Origin: Octopus vulgaris
Lineage: Eukaryota
Assembly: GCA_951406725.2 (NCBI GenBank)
Contig: OX597830.1
Span: 38,440,001-38,504,000 of the forward strand
Direction of reading: 5' to 3'
DNA length: 64,000 nucleotides
Shown here: one piece after another, positions 12,942-27,109 of the stretch
How the letters are laid out: every line of letters begins with the position of its first letter
Numbering within the stretch: the first letter of the stretch is position 1
Translations under genes and position numbers: made by a program
Notes under the pieces: model-generated
Seen by the model: the letters and a program-made list of their open reading frames with translations, nothing else
What the model was told of the DNA's origin: nothing
Databases searched by the model: none

Positions 12942-14903
12942 ATTTTAACACCAAACTTATTGTTAATGTATTTTGATCCGCAGCGGGATATTATATTGGC
13001 TAGAGATGCATGTGATTACGGTGTTGGAGCAGTACTTCTACCCAAATATGACGGTGGGGATGAAAAGGATATAGCATATGCGTCACGATCTTTATTAACA
13101 GTAGAAAGAAAATACAGCCAAATAGAAAAGGAAGCGTTAGCAATTATATTGGGTGTTAACATTTTCCGTAGATTTATTGATGGATGCAGTTTCCTTCAAC
13201 AAACGGATTATCGTCCACTACTCTCGATATAAGGTTCTAAAAAAGGAATACCAACACACACAGCTGATAGACTACCGCGAAAGGGCACTACATTATTGAA
13301 TTATGATTTAAAATTAGAATATTTACCCTCATAGAAATTAGACCAAGCAGATGGTTTGTCCAAACTGATACTGAAACATTGCGAGCCAAGAAATAGAAAA
13401 TTGTGGACAGGTCCAGGATTGGCGCGAAAGGAAATCAAGACGTGAGTTTATACTCAATGTGTGATAGTGTGCTAATGTTTCCATAGAGAGTAGTCATACC
13501 TAGAACACTGCAAAAGAAAATTTTAAGGGAATTCTATGTTGGACATCCTGGTATTTCGAGTATGAAAGATTGAAAGCGTACCTACGTATACTGGCCCAAA
13601 TGGTTAGATAATTGAAAATTTAGCGAAAGGCTGCAGAGGATGTGCTCTAGCAGCAAAATTACAGACGATAAGAAATTAACCTGAATAAAAGTAGATGTTC
13701 CATCGCTTTCGCTGGTGCCTGAAACTATTCATACTACTTAGTGGTAATATATAATTTCTCTAAATGGCTAGAAATTTGTAAGTGGAAAAAGCAAACCTCC
13801 TCAACAACGACAAATTTTCTACATGAGCTGTTTTCGAGATTTGACGTCCCGTACACTACGGTGTCTCATAATGGAACGCAATCTGTGATTTTGAGTTTTA
13901 AAAGTTTGTAAAACGTTCACTGTTGAACATGTGACTACTGCACCATACCATCTAGAACACTTTATCGATACGTCCAAGAGAGCCATAGGCAGTCGAATAA
14001 GGACGTGGTGGATGAGGTAGCTCTACAACAATTCCTAAGTGTATACCGAGTGACACCAAATCCGAACACATCCGCAAGTATGTCACCAGTGGGGCTTATG
14101 TTTGCCAGGATAATAAAATCATTTTTTGACAAATTACTATCGAGTTAGACAAGAAAAATTGCAATGGATAATTCAGCAAGATATTTCAAAATTTGCGGAA
14201 ATGTATTTTTAGGGCTTATGAGAACGGAAAAGAAAATTGGGAAGACGGCGTAATTACCAAAGGCGTAGGAAGACGCTGTACTTGGTAAAAGGACGAAAAT
14301 GGGTATACTTGGGACACATACATCAGCTAAAATAATGATTCTTTGAGAGCAAACCTAAGAGAATGAAAGAACCAATGAAATGGTTATTTGATACTTTTCA
14401 CGTACCAACGCCATTACAGATGATTGAACCCAGATGCACAAGTGAAACAAAAAGAGAATGTACTGAGCGCCTGGAAGTGGATGCCAAACTAAAAAATATA
14501 AAATTTTTAACTGTATGAAAAATTTAAAAAACAAAGGGAGGTGAGCTGATGAAAAATTTATTGTTAATAAAAAGAAATAAAATTACACTCCATGAGAAAA
14601 AACATAAAAGGGGAGATATTATCGGGATAATAATAATGAAACACCCCTCCCACATCACGAGTGGTATGTGAGGGTCGTTACAAATACTGTGACGCAGGAA
14701 GTCGTGTCGTCGAGAAGTAGGCGAGTCGGTCATAGATAGTTATATCTAACTAACTATACTCCTATACTGGAGTGGACATTATAACAGTCCGACGTTAGAT
14801 TACAGTACGACGTGGTAAGATTATGTAATAGCTTTAATATTACGTAATACAGAGTCCATACAGCCATACAGGTTTACATGGATTACGTAAACATTCTACT
14901 ATA
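12937..14903 (+). mobile_element. Degenerate Ty3/gypsy LTR retrotransposon, 3' half (RNase H, integrase, PPT, 3' LTR)
   Basis: RNase H motifs DACDYGVGAVL, IAYASRSL, YSQIEKEALAII and TDYRPL. Frameshifted integrase zinc-finger remnants (GHPGI, YVYWP, CRGC) and TAPYH. Polypurine tract AAAGGGAGGTGAGC at 14533-14546, then a TG-initiated LTR-like segment. Right end approximate. Confidence 0.88.
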
Positions 14904-15065
14904 TTTTATTTCTCTCGCCTGATTTTAAAATATTTGGAAATTCGTCACAGACGTCAAGTATTTGCTGTATCAACGTGTATAATTTTGGATTCATCGTTGT
15001 ACATTAGAAATCTAGTTTGAAATCTCTACTTAGATTTGATGACCAGATCTTATGCATATCATTTA

Positions 15066-15509
15066 TAGTTTGAAAATCTTCAAAGCCACAGTCGAACCAA
15101 TTCTGCTGTATGGCTCAGAAACCTGGACGTTATCAAAGAAGCTTGAGATGCGGTTGGATGGAACTTACACTCGCTTCCTTATGAGAGCTCAAAATCTCTC
15201 GTGGAAGCGTCATCCAACAAAAGTACAAATATATTGGAAATTACCACCTGTATCATCTCTTGTGAAAGGTAGAATAGTCCAGTGTGCTGGACATTGTTGT
15301 AGAGCTGAAAACGAGGTAATTTCTACTCTTCTCCTCTGTAAGCCATCTCTTCGCGATACCAGATGGCGCACGCTCTCCTACCCTGATATAATCTCCAGGG
15401 ATACAGGCATCCAGCAACAGGACCTCCGTAAAGCAATGATGGACCGTGGAGTCTGGTGTAACAGTAAATTCCATTGTCTCGACCACGGTCGAACAATGAT
15501 GATGATGAC
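15066..15509 (+). mobile_element. 5'-truncated RTE/RTEX-type LINE 3' end
   Basis: KIFKATVEPILLYGSETWTL..RLDGTYTR..AGHC. Ends in an (ATG)n tail. Confidence 0.85.
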
Positions 15510-18076
15510 ATTAGAAATACCTTTTTCAGATTATGGTGATTGTTCATTGTAAGCTTTTCCAGTTGACGTTATTACCCTATACTAATTTTAAGCAAATTAA
15601 TTTTATACAAAATCACTGCGTAAAAGATTAGTACTTTGTCCTGTACACATCATGTTGCGGGTAAGTCATATGGACTTCTGGTTTGGAATTAAGGAATACA
15701 CATTGTCTTATTTAATTAACCTTGTTATTATTTCTCTTTATATGATTGTTCATCATTATTTCGTTGTTTAAGATTGGATGTAACATTCTCGGAATATGTT
15801 ATTGTATACAATCTGAGAACGACCTGTGGTAAAACCTTTAGAATTTACATATTGATATTCCTATAGCTAAATGTAACTCGTAACTCGTGGTACTTGTTGC
15901 AACAGCAGTTTTGCCTTCAATTTCCCTATGTTTATCCCTTCTGAGATATTCTGGTCTCGGTTGTCTTTGCCAGTCCTTATATGACATTCTTATGTATATT
16001 TAGGACTACAATTACCTACTTATACAAATGGGGAATTAAAACGTATTGCTCTATATGTTTTTCTATGCAATTATATATAATAACGCAACTATTTACGGGA
16101 ATATCATATAAGAAATGAAGAGATATCTGTGCCGTGTAAAACTATTTGCAAAGTAGCAAAATATATCCAAAATAGGGAGTATACATAGAAATTTGGCAGA
16201 AGCAGAGAAATTGACGAATTGCAATGCTCATAAATTAGCAAGTTCGATGTGTGTTGTAATTAGACTCGTAGCAATGTTTTTTTTTTATTATCGGTGAATC
16301 AAGTTTAAAATAAGGGAACACATTGTAGCTAAAAAATGAGGATTCAAGATTGTCATTCAAGAAAACTAAGAAGCAAGTGAACGCCTGGATATATGGAGAT
16401 ACATTTCAAGTGCATTTTCAAGAATTATCGAATTGAATGGCAGAATGCATTAAATATTTTATTGCGTACATCTGCGTACAATTAAATAGTATATTTCGGC
16501 AGTTAGCACCCATAACTGTCAAGTAGATTATTTCTGTATTTTTGTAGCCATTTTGTTTGCACCGTAATAGAAAGTTAGTGGAATCATCGGAACTTTATAC
16601 GCACGTACAAAGTATAAAGTTATTTCAGTACATTATTCACAAGAAATTGAATAACTGACAGGCTGTTCGACAATTATTAAAAATAAATGGAGTAGAGGTG
16701 ATATGGCACATGAGGTCGAACATTTAGAGGAATTTTAATTGCTATTCGTAAATAATATATCCTTTCATCTTTATTACATTCATGGATTTTGTTGCTTCAT
16801 AATATAGCATTTCTCTAAATTGCTCTTTATGATGTTGGGTGACCATCTCCCCCGTACCCCGTATGAACTTCGTGCCTCTAGCGATATTATTAATGTAAAA
16901 TGTCGACTCATTTGTTTAAAATTATTATTGCTGGAGCAAAATGCTCTTTACATGAATTGAATAATTTGTAGTATTTTAGCTCCCATCGAAGTGTCTTTTA
17001 GTTCTATGTCATATAATATCCGATCAAAATAATGAACGATGCAACAAGTCTTCTCAACGATCGGATGCAGCCACATCATCCCATCTTAAATGACAACAAT
17101 AAAAGATTCAGCAAAGTATTTTTTTAAAATCAAAGTATTTAAAAAATGCTAAAGTGTTTAAAAATTAAAAAAAATGAGCACTAACGAAAATTTATTATAC
17201 AATGACAGAACCAAACTAAAGGAAAAAATACCATTCCTATAAGAAACAAGATGGCCACCGAAAATTGAGTAAAAAGCAAAATAAAGCAGAAAAAATGCTA
17301 TCAGCTGTAAATCATCAATTATTCAATAAATTTCAATTGGAAGTATAACTTCACTAATTTCACTGGCTATTTTCAAGTTATTCATTGCATTATGAAAAGA
17401 ATTGGTAAATTACTGTACTAAATCATATACTTCTTTAATAATTATAGTGTGTCTGTGATTGTTTTTTTCAAAGATTGTGCATTCATTTTCCCATTGGACT
17501 GAAAGAGTATTTCAGAAAATGCCACAGATTTCATATAATTTATCTATAATTTTCCTGATTAGGCATCAATATCACTAATGTAGTATTTTAAATCAAATTT
17601 TGAAATTAGCAGGCTCTAGCCACACGGAAGAGATTTGTAGCCCAATAAAGTAGAAGTAACCCAAATAAATATAAAACGTAAAGATATTGCAGAAAATGTT
17701 TCATAATCTGTTTAATGTACCCAGATCTGACAACCCAGAATAGGCTGGCCCAGCATTTTACTCATATACATCTCTCACTGAAGGAAAATAGAGATGCATA
17801 TGGTATTAGGATGATAAGGTCAATATACAGATTACAGGAAGAAAAAATATTTAAGAACTTTTCCGAAAGAATCTAAAAATGCCGGATAATATTGGAAAAT
17901 GTCATTCAAATTGTCAGTTTCAAACTGTCATTCAAGTCGCAAAATTGTATTAAAATGTTGCCCTCATAGATACAACGTCACATACATTCATACACACAAC
18001 TATACACACATGTGCGCGTATATATGTATAAAATGCACACACACATATACACATCAACATATATATATATATACAA

Positions 18077-18239
18077 GGCGCAGGAGTGGATGTGTGGTAA
18101 GTAGCTTCCTTACCAACCACATAGTTCTGGGATCATTCCCACTGCGACACCTTGGGCAACTGTCTTCTACTATAGCCTCGGGCCGACCAAAGACTTGTGA
18201 GTGGATTTGGTAGACGGAAACTGAAAGAAGCCCGTCCTA

Positions 18240-18295
<56 letters not shown>

Positions 18296-18482
18296 TGTGT
18301 ATATGTTTGTGTGGCTGTGTTGTCTCACCAAAATCGCTTGACAACCGATGGTAGGGTGTTTACGTCCCCGCAACTTAGCGTTTCAGCAAAATAGAACGAT
18401 AAAATAAGTACTAAGCTTCCATTCCCTCGACTAAAGGCGGTGCTCCAGCATGGCCGCAGTCAAATGACTGAAAAAAGTAAAC
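18077..18482 (+). mobile_element. tRNA-derived SINE with internal (TA)n and CR1-type 3' tail
   Basis: Head GGCGCAGGAGTGG..GTGTGGTAAG with a decayed B box, core CTTGGGCAA.TGTCTTCTACTATAGCC, tail GGCGGTGCTCCAGCATGGCCGCAGTCAAATGACTGAAA. Related copies at 21930-22518 and 54775-56390. Confidence 0.85.
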
Positions 18483-18564
18483 GATATATATATATATATT
18501 ATATATTCAAAGAATTAATGACCCCCAAGGGATGCAAGTATTTTCCATTTTCTTAATTTTCTCA

Positions 18565-18604
<40 letters not shown>

Positions 18605-18645
18605 TATTGTAGTTTGCATGAAGTATTGTAAATTGTTTGTAAAAA

Positions 18646-19221
18646 ATAATGTGTTTTGAATGGCACAACAATACATTATGATAACAACAATGGACTATAA
18701 TAACTTATAGTTTAATCATCCCTAGTCCGATATGATATTTCGGAATATAAAACTTCCTTCTACAGATATCCTGAGAATTAAGGAAGCTATCATCATAGAC
18801 AGACTAAGGCCCCAAATTCACAACACGCTGGAGGTTGGCAGTCAATATATTATTTAGCTACATCTGGATGCGTGTAGATACATTTCTGATAACAGGCTCA
18901 TGTATTAATTATATGATAAAAGTAAGTAGGAGAAAAAAAGGAAACTACGCGTATAATACACAACTTAGGATCAGCGCTAGGGATGTGCCAGCATACACGA
19001 GCTTGAGATATGGCCGCCTTCATGCACTTCTCATGAGGAATTCCGCATTTCTCATGAGACCACTGCAAAGACGCTTTCGGAAAACAAAAGACGTTGGAAA
19101 ACCGATTATTAAGGATATCTGAAGAAGGAATTTTTATATTCCGAAATATTATATCAGACTATGAATGATTAAATTATAACAGTTATTATAGTGCATTGTT
19201 GTGTCATTCAAAACACATTAT
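18646..19221 (+). mobile_element. Non-autonomous hammerhead-bearing element with inverted tail copy
   Basis: Arms at about 18646-18772 and 19112-19221 are imperfect reverse complements. Each arm holds a minimal hammerhead motif. Confidence 0.7.
19114..19155 (+). ncRNA. Minimal type I hammerhead ribozyme motif
   Basis: GATAT-CTGAAGA-A-GGAAT(ttttat)ATTCC-GAA-ATAT-T-ATATC. Stem I 5 bp, stem II 5 bp, palindromic stem III ATAT. The antisense copy at 18729-18770 has an AUC cleavage triplet but a mutated core (CTGTAGA). Confidence 0.75.
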
Positions 19222-20260
19222 CTTTATATATATATAACTGAGAATGTATGTCTGTCTGTCTGCCTGTCTGTCTGTCTGTGTGTTTCCCTAAAACTTGAAA
19301 ACTACGCAACCAATTTCATTCAAATTTTACACATGCCTTACTTAGGGACCATGTAGTTTCATGGGCAAAAAAATGTTCAACTTCTTGTCTAGAGCGAGCC
19401 CATAGCAATATCATATCTTCTCCACTATTTCAGTACTGCGTGTTAAAAGTGAAACAAAAACATTTCTCTATTTTATGTCAGATACTTTCACTTTAACAAT
19501 AAAAATAATAATAACAATTGAATTATATGTAGTAAGTAATAATTAAAATCAGACTAAAGTATAATATAATCGTAACATAAGAAAAGTAAAAATAGCAATT
19601 GGTATAAAATTGCCTCAATGACTTAAGTGGTTTCACATGAATGGGAATAAATTAAAAATAAAATTAGCGTGCAGAAATGGAATAGTCCGGATGGATAATA
19701 AAAAATTAAATAAAAGAAAAGACTATTATCTATAAAGTATACAATGTAGAGAAAAAAGGAGATTTGAACACATGGAGGAAAGCAACTTCGAAAAGTGTCT
19801 TGGTGCGACTATGAAAGGTATCTAATCAGAGGTGGTAAATTCGCCACAATAGAAGCAAGTTTCCAGTCAACGGAGCGTGCAAGGGTGTACTCGACTGGAA
19901 CTTGCAAAGTGGAAATATTTTAGTTTTACCTTTATATCTGGGACGTAGGACGTCCCGGAAAAAGTTGAAAATGCCCCCCACTTAGAAGTAGAGGTAGGAT
20001 GGATTGGATTGTAGCCACACTTCTATACAAGAGGGAGGACAAGATACAATTGATCGAAATTACAAGAGACGGGCTAACAATTCCAGTCTGTTATATATTT
20101 TGAGTATTGTTATCACTAGCGATATCAAGATATAACTTTGTATTTTGTATTTTATGTGTAGATGTATATATATAGATGTACATGTAATATGTACACATAT
20201 ATACACACATATATAAATGCACTAGCACTATGACCCGGCAACGACGGGTCTTTAAAGCTA

Positions 20261-20261
<1 letters not shown>
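19221..20261 (+). mobile_element. Non-autonomous Helitron
   Basis: Starts TC after host A (19220) and ends CTAG before host T (20262). Subterminal hairpin GACCCGGCAACGACGGGTC at 20232-20250. (TCTG)n tract near the 5' end. Confidence 0.75.
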
Positions 20262-20301
<40 letters not shown>

Positions 20302-20489
20302 TGTCTCTTGATTATATTTCCTTTCTCTCTTCGCTCACAATACACATTTTACTCCTTTTAAATCTCCCCCCCCTTCGCACTCTCAATCTCACCTCTCTCT
20401 CTCATTCTTTCTCTCTCACTCTTCCCATCTCTTTCTCTCCTCTCCTGTATATTTGTCCCCACTTCTTCCCGACGTTTCCTTTCTAACTA

Positions 20490-21080
20490 TCTCAGCATGT
20501 AGACCTCAGTAAAGCAAACTAATCGAAAGAAAGCGTAAGTTGTAAAATTCAAACGACCTGGCAGGTTGAGGAAATTGAGACAATGTTCCTCGCAGGGAAC
20601 CTGGCAGAAGGAACGGCGACAAACACTAGTATTGTAGAGGCCCTGAAGAACTTAAATTGAGATTGCAAAAATGAGCTCTTTCGCTCATATACCTTAATAC
20701 AACAACACTTGTATTTATTAGGGAAAAGTGCCGGAGAAGGAACAAAGGGTGAAAAAGAAAAGGACGCCAGTGACCTCATAGAATCCGAGAAGAGTCAGGA
20801 TAAGGCTGAAAGAGAGGAACACAATAAATGAGACACCAACATCCTGGACAACAGTGAATACAAGAAGAATGCTGAAGTTCACCAGGTGAAATCAAAGGTG
20901 AAGACATGCATGGAGTAGATTAACGGGTGCAAAGTAAAGCAGGAGAAACAAACGATAACAAAGGTACCAATGGTCCGGCGGGCTGAGAATGGATGTGGTC
21001 CCAAGGTAAATGAAATAGAATCTGCAAAGGTAATGGCTCTCGTTAAAAGGAAACCAAGCCAGTTAGCAAGTTCTATGTAA
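20490..21080 (+). pseudogene. Purine-rich decayed coding-like remnant, possibly a retroelement ORF1
   Basis: Interrupted frame WQVEEIETMFLAGNLAEG...EKEKDASDLIESEKSQDKAERE. No diagnostic motif recognised. Confidence 0.25.
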
Positions 21081-21929
21081 AGGGTAGCTGCTTGATAATT
21101 ACAACGTTCTTTAACTTGTGGAGAGATATACTAAATATTTTCCGTCTTTTAACTTTTCTGCATTATGATGTGTAATGTATGACCTTCTCCACCCTATTGA
21201 CATACACACACACACACATACACACACACACTCTCACACACACAAACTCACACACGCATATAGACATTAGAGGAATTAGCACGGTGTTAACTAATTTCCT
21301 TACAGTTGATAAACATATCGGAGTCTAATTATGAATATTATGAGTTGTACTGTTTACAATACGAACAATACCTGAAACGTATCTGTGAACTGCACACACA
21401 TACATACACACATACACACGCACGCACGCACGCATACACACAAACACGCACACACACACACACAGATATTAGAGGAATTATCACGGTTTTAACTAATTTC
21501 CTGACACTTGATAAAATCTATTTAATTGCAAAGGAGACTGGAACGTACATTCTGAGGACCGGTCAACTGTGGAAAATTCGGTCAGGAGAATCCCTAATAT
21601 TTCCACTCATTCCGTTGTGAATAATGTACCATTAGTATTCACATACAGACACCCCCAACACAAATACACACACGCACGCACGCATAAACAGACACACACA
21701 TACACACGCAACCACATACAGACATCCATCCACACATCTATATGACATAAGTTTACAATATAATTCCTTCAGTGCCCATGCAATTTGATAGGACACTTCC
21801 TGTGCCATCATTTCGTTCTACTTGACATCTGATTTTCAGATTTGAATTTACGTGCTTTTTCTTTTTTTTTTCTAATCCGATCTGCAGTTGTTGAACTAAC
21901 TTTAACATCAGGATTTCTCTATACTCTTT

Positions 21930-22120
21930 ACACTTTTACTCGTTTCAATCATTTGACTGCGGCATGCTGGAGAACCGCCTTTAGTCGAAGAAATCAACCC
22001 AAGGACTTATTTTTGTAAGCCTAATACTTATTCTATCGGTCTCTTTTGCGGGGGACGTAAACACACCAGCATCGGTTGTCAAGCGACGCTGGGGGGACAA
22101 ACACTGACACATAAAAATAT

Positions 22121-22176
<56 letters not shown>

Positions 22177-22293
22177 TGGCCTGCTCGCTTAGCCAGCGGG
22201 GTGGCGTCATTTGAAGGCTAAAACATTGCAATGCACATTGTGACCAGCGATGTGTAGCAACATCTGATAACCTGGTCGGTCACGGTGATCACG

Positions 22294-22374
<81 letters not shown>

Positions 22375-22518
22375 CGACAGTTTCTGTCTAACAAATCCAC
22401 TCACAAGGCTTTGGTCGGCCCGAGTACAAGACACTAGCCCAAGGTGTCACGCAGTGGGAATGGACCCGGAACCATGTGGTTGGTACGCAAGCTACTTACC
22501 ACACAGCCACTCCTGCAC
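21930..22518 (-). mobile_element. tRNA-derived SINE (same family as 18077-18482) with a nested insertion
   Basis: Reverse-complement head at about 22440-22518 and tail at about 21930-21985. The internal CA/TA tract is interrupted at 22177-22298. Confidence 0.8.
22177..22298 (+). mobile_element. Short RTE-type 3' end inserted in (TA)n
   Basis: Shares ATTGTGACCAGCG...CTGGTCGGTCA with the RTE at 1327-1373. Ends in (TCACGGTGA)2. (TA)n on both sides. Confidence 0.75.
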
Positions 22519-22611
22519 CTAGCCTTTAAAATTTATTCATTTACACATAGTTATATATATATCGCGGTATACAAACAGAAACATTCATATCTATCTATCT
22601 TTCTCTCTATC

Positions 22612-23822
<1,211 letters not shown>

Positions 23823-23827
<5 letters not shown>

Positions 23828-26800
23828 CCTTAAATCCTTTAAAATGTTTTAGCCTGGATGCCGCGGCCATGCTGGGGCACCACCGCTGAATGAGCTATAC
23901 TAATATGTGAATCCACCTTTGATACGTGGCACTTGATCAACAAGGGAGTTCGACACTGCTGCCCGTATCTGCGTCTCCTGTTGTGAGGTAGGTTCATCTG
24001 GGACTCCCGACAAGAAGAGATCCAGTTTAGTTTTAAAGAAACCCACATCCACACCATGTAAGTCTCTCAGGCATTTAGGGAGGATTCTAAAGAGCTGTTG
24101 TCCTCTGAAACCCAAGCTATTGCAGTATCTGGACGTGTATTTTGATGGAGATGTTGGAATCTTTGGCACCATGCAGTGGCGTCCCGTTCTCTAGTTGGGT
24201 TCACTTTGAATGCCAAAGACTGGGACAAGACCCTCCAGGATTTTCCAGATGTATATCACCGCATATATCTCCCGCCTCCGCTCTAGGGCGAAGAGGTTTA
24301 ATATCTTCAGTCTTTCCCAGTAGCTGATATTTTGCATTGAGACGATTTTCTTTGTGTAGCTTCTCTGAATTGCTTGAGTTCTGCTCTTAGCTTTATATTG
24401 TGTGGTGACCATAGTTGGGAGCAGTAGTCCAAGCGGCTGAGGACGAATGTTTTCCATAGGACCATCAGTGTCTCCTTCTCTCTTGTTCTGAAAGTTCGGA
24501 GAATCCATCCAGCTAGCCGTCTGCATTTTATCACCAGATTAGCAATATGCACTTGGAAAGATGAATCATTGCTCATGTCAATGTCCAGGTCACGCACTGA
24601 TTTTGACTCAGTGATTGCAATTCTTTCTGGGCCAGTGTATCCAGTCTGCACGTCGTTTACCTTTGTGTGCCAGTAGCGCAGGGCCTGGAACTTACCTGCA
24701 TTAAACTGCATGTTGTTGTCCTCAGCCTACCTGTATATTGTGTCCAACTCTTGTTGCAGATGCGCAATATTTTCAGGGTTTTGTATTGCGTTGGAGACTT
24801 TTGTGTCATCTGCATAGCTAGCAAGGGTGGTCATCGTAGCAACTGAAGGCATGTCTGAAAGGGCCATTATGAACATCAGTGGCCCCAAGACAGTGCCCTG
24901 TGGGACACCGCTTGTTATTTGTGTTTCCTTGGAGGTTGCTCCATTGCTCACAACTGCCTGTTTTCTGTCTTTTAGGTAGTTGTGCAGCCACTCTTCAAGT
25001 TTTCCGCCTATGCCGAGACCACGCAGTTTGTGACAGATCATACCATGGTCGACTTTATCAAAGGCTTTTGCAAATTCGAGATATATTACATCCACATTTG
25101 AGCCATTTAGTAGCTGTTTTAACACCCGGTTATAGTGTTGCAGGAGCTGTGTTAGGCAGCTTCTACCTGGTCGAAATCCATGCTGGGAGTCAGACAGCAA
25201 GTCATTTTCTTCAAGGAACATAATTAGTTTCTTACGGACTATTCGTTTCATGACTTTGCTAATGTGTGAGGTCAGAGAGACAGGCCTATAATTTTTAGCA
25301 TCTGCTCTGCTACCTCCCTTATGGATAGGGCATACTACCCCCTTTTTTCAATTTGACTGGGAGCTTACCACTTGCAAGAAATCTCTGAAAAAGAAGCTGT
25401 AGCGGTTTTGCAAGGGCTCGTTTGCACGATTTGAGAAGTATCGCTGGGAATCCATCAGGTCCAGCAGCTGAGTTTGTGTCAATCTCATCTATGGCTAGTG
25501 TGATATCATCATCTTCGATGTTGATGTACTCAATTTTTGCCTCTTTGGCCGCAGGTAAAGTGGCAAAGAATTCTTCTGGTTTGTTGACATGCCTGTGTCC
25601 TAGAGGTGTAGTGAACACACTTTGGAATTGTTCGTTCAGTATTTCACTTATCCTCATGGGATTTCCTGTGAGAGAGCCATCTTTTTGGAAGAGAGGTCCT
25701 ATTCTCTGGTGCACTGTGGCTGTCTCTTTGGCAAACTTAAAGAAAGCTTTAGTGTTTGATTTTATATTTTCTATTACCCAAGCTTCTTTATCTGCTCTCT
25801 CCTTTTCATGGGACTGATGCAGACTTTTCTCAATTTCCATTAGCATTCTCTCGAGCCGAGACTTCTCACCACTTTTTGTGTGCTTGCTCAGGCGGTTCGC
25901 AATCCTTGTCCGTCGTCTCATAAGAATCTTCCTTTCTCTAGGGATCCTGTTTTTGTTTTTGTGTGTGCTGGCCCTGCACACTGGGACATATTTGTCACAT
26001 ATGGCTTGTATTATAGACATGAAGTGTTTGTGTTACATGTTTATGTCCGGTGTGGAGAGACATTTATGCCAATCCTGTTTCAGGATCTCTTTCTCAATCA
26101 ACTTCCAGTTTACTTTATGAAAGTTTAAGTTGGAGAGATGGTGGATGCTTCGTATAGGCTGTGTCTACGGGGGCTTTTGTTCCATACATAGACAGCTCTA
26201 TTATGTTGTGATCCGAGATCATTGTCGGCATCTCATTAACATTATGGATAATATCCATATTGTTTGTGAAGCAGAGATCCAGTATATTATCTGCCCTTGT
26301 TGGTTGCAGAACTATTTGCTCCATGAAAGAGGCATTTGTGATATGGAGCAGGGACTCTGCCTGTGCCTGCTGATGGTGTTTCATCCCTGGGAGCATCTGC
26401 CCCCCCCAGGCCATTCCACATTGGGGAGGTTAAAGTCACCCATGAAGAATACACTGTTGTGTTGTCCAAGGTTGGTGAGGACTTCTCCTATTTTTGTTAG
26501 GCAGTCTTCAAACATGCCTGAGTGATTTGGGGCAGCTGGTGGGTGATATGTAATGCATATGACGATATTCAGTTGTCTTATGTGTACAATTTGAGTTTCA
26601 CATACTGAGTTTGAATATGACAACAGGACCTGGGGCGTGAGGTTATCTCGGATGTACATTGCAACTCCACCATGGTTCCTCTCTTTTCTATCTGTGCGTA
26701 TGACTGCATATTGCGGCATGTGTATTTCTGCATCACCTATATCGGGTTCAAGATGCGTTTCTGTGAGTGCCATGCATATAGCTTGATTGCATGTCACAAG

Positions 26801-26997
26801 GTCTCTCAGGAATGAGATTTTCCTCTTACAGTTTCCGCGCAGCAGCCCTCCTACGTTCAGTAGAAATATTTTTGTGGTGTATGTGTTGGTGTTGGTGTCT
26901 GTGGTGGCCATCCTGCATCTGGTGGTGGTGGCCTTATGTGGTGGTAGTTCCAGCTTTGTGCTTGTAGCCAGGTCAGCTCCTGAACAATTTTTGTGCC
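23823..26997 (-). mobile_element. CR1-type LINE, nearly complete ORF2 (AP endonuclease and reverse transcriptase), frameshifted
   Basis: APE motifs LNVGGL, ALTETHL, GGVAMYIR, MGDFNLP, NILDLCFTN, SDHN. RT motifs AGPDGFP, QHGFRPGRSC, AKAFDKVDH, GVPQGTVLGP, YADDTK. C-terminal RLDYCSQLWSP and LERRR. Tail (AAGGATTT)2 runs into (TA)n. Confidence 0.93.
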
Positions 26998-27109
26998 ATA
27001 TATATAAATTTATTAAGTTATTATGTACAAACATATAATACTCTTAACACACACTCACTCATACATACACACGCGTATATTTATATTTATATATATATAT
27101 ATATATATG

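Noticed and set aside
14546-14560. CTGATGA motif
   Set aside because: It is the gypsy PPT/LTR boundary and no hammerhead stems follow.
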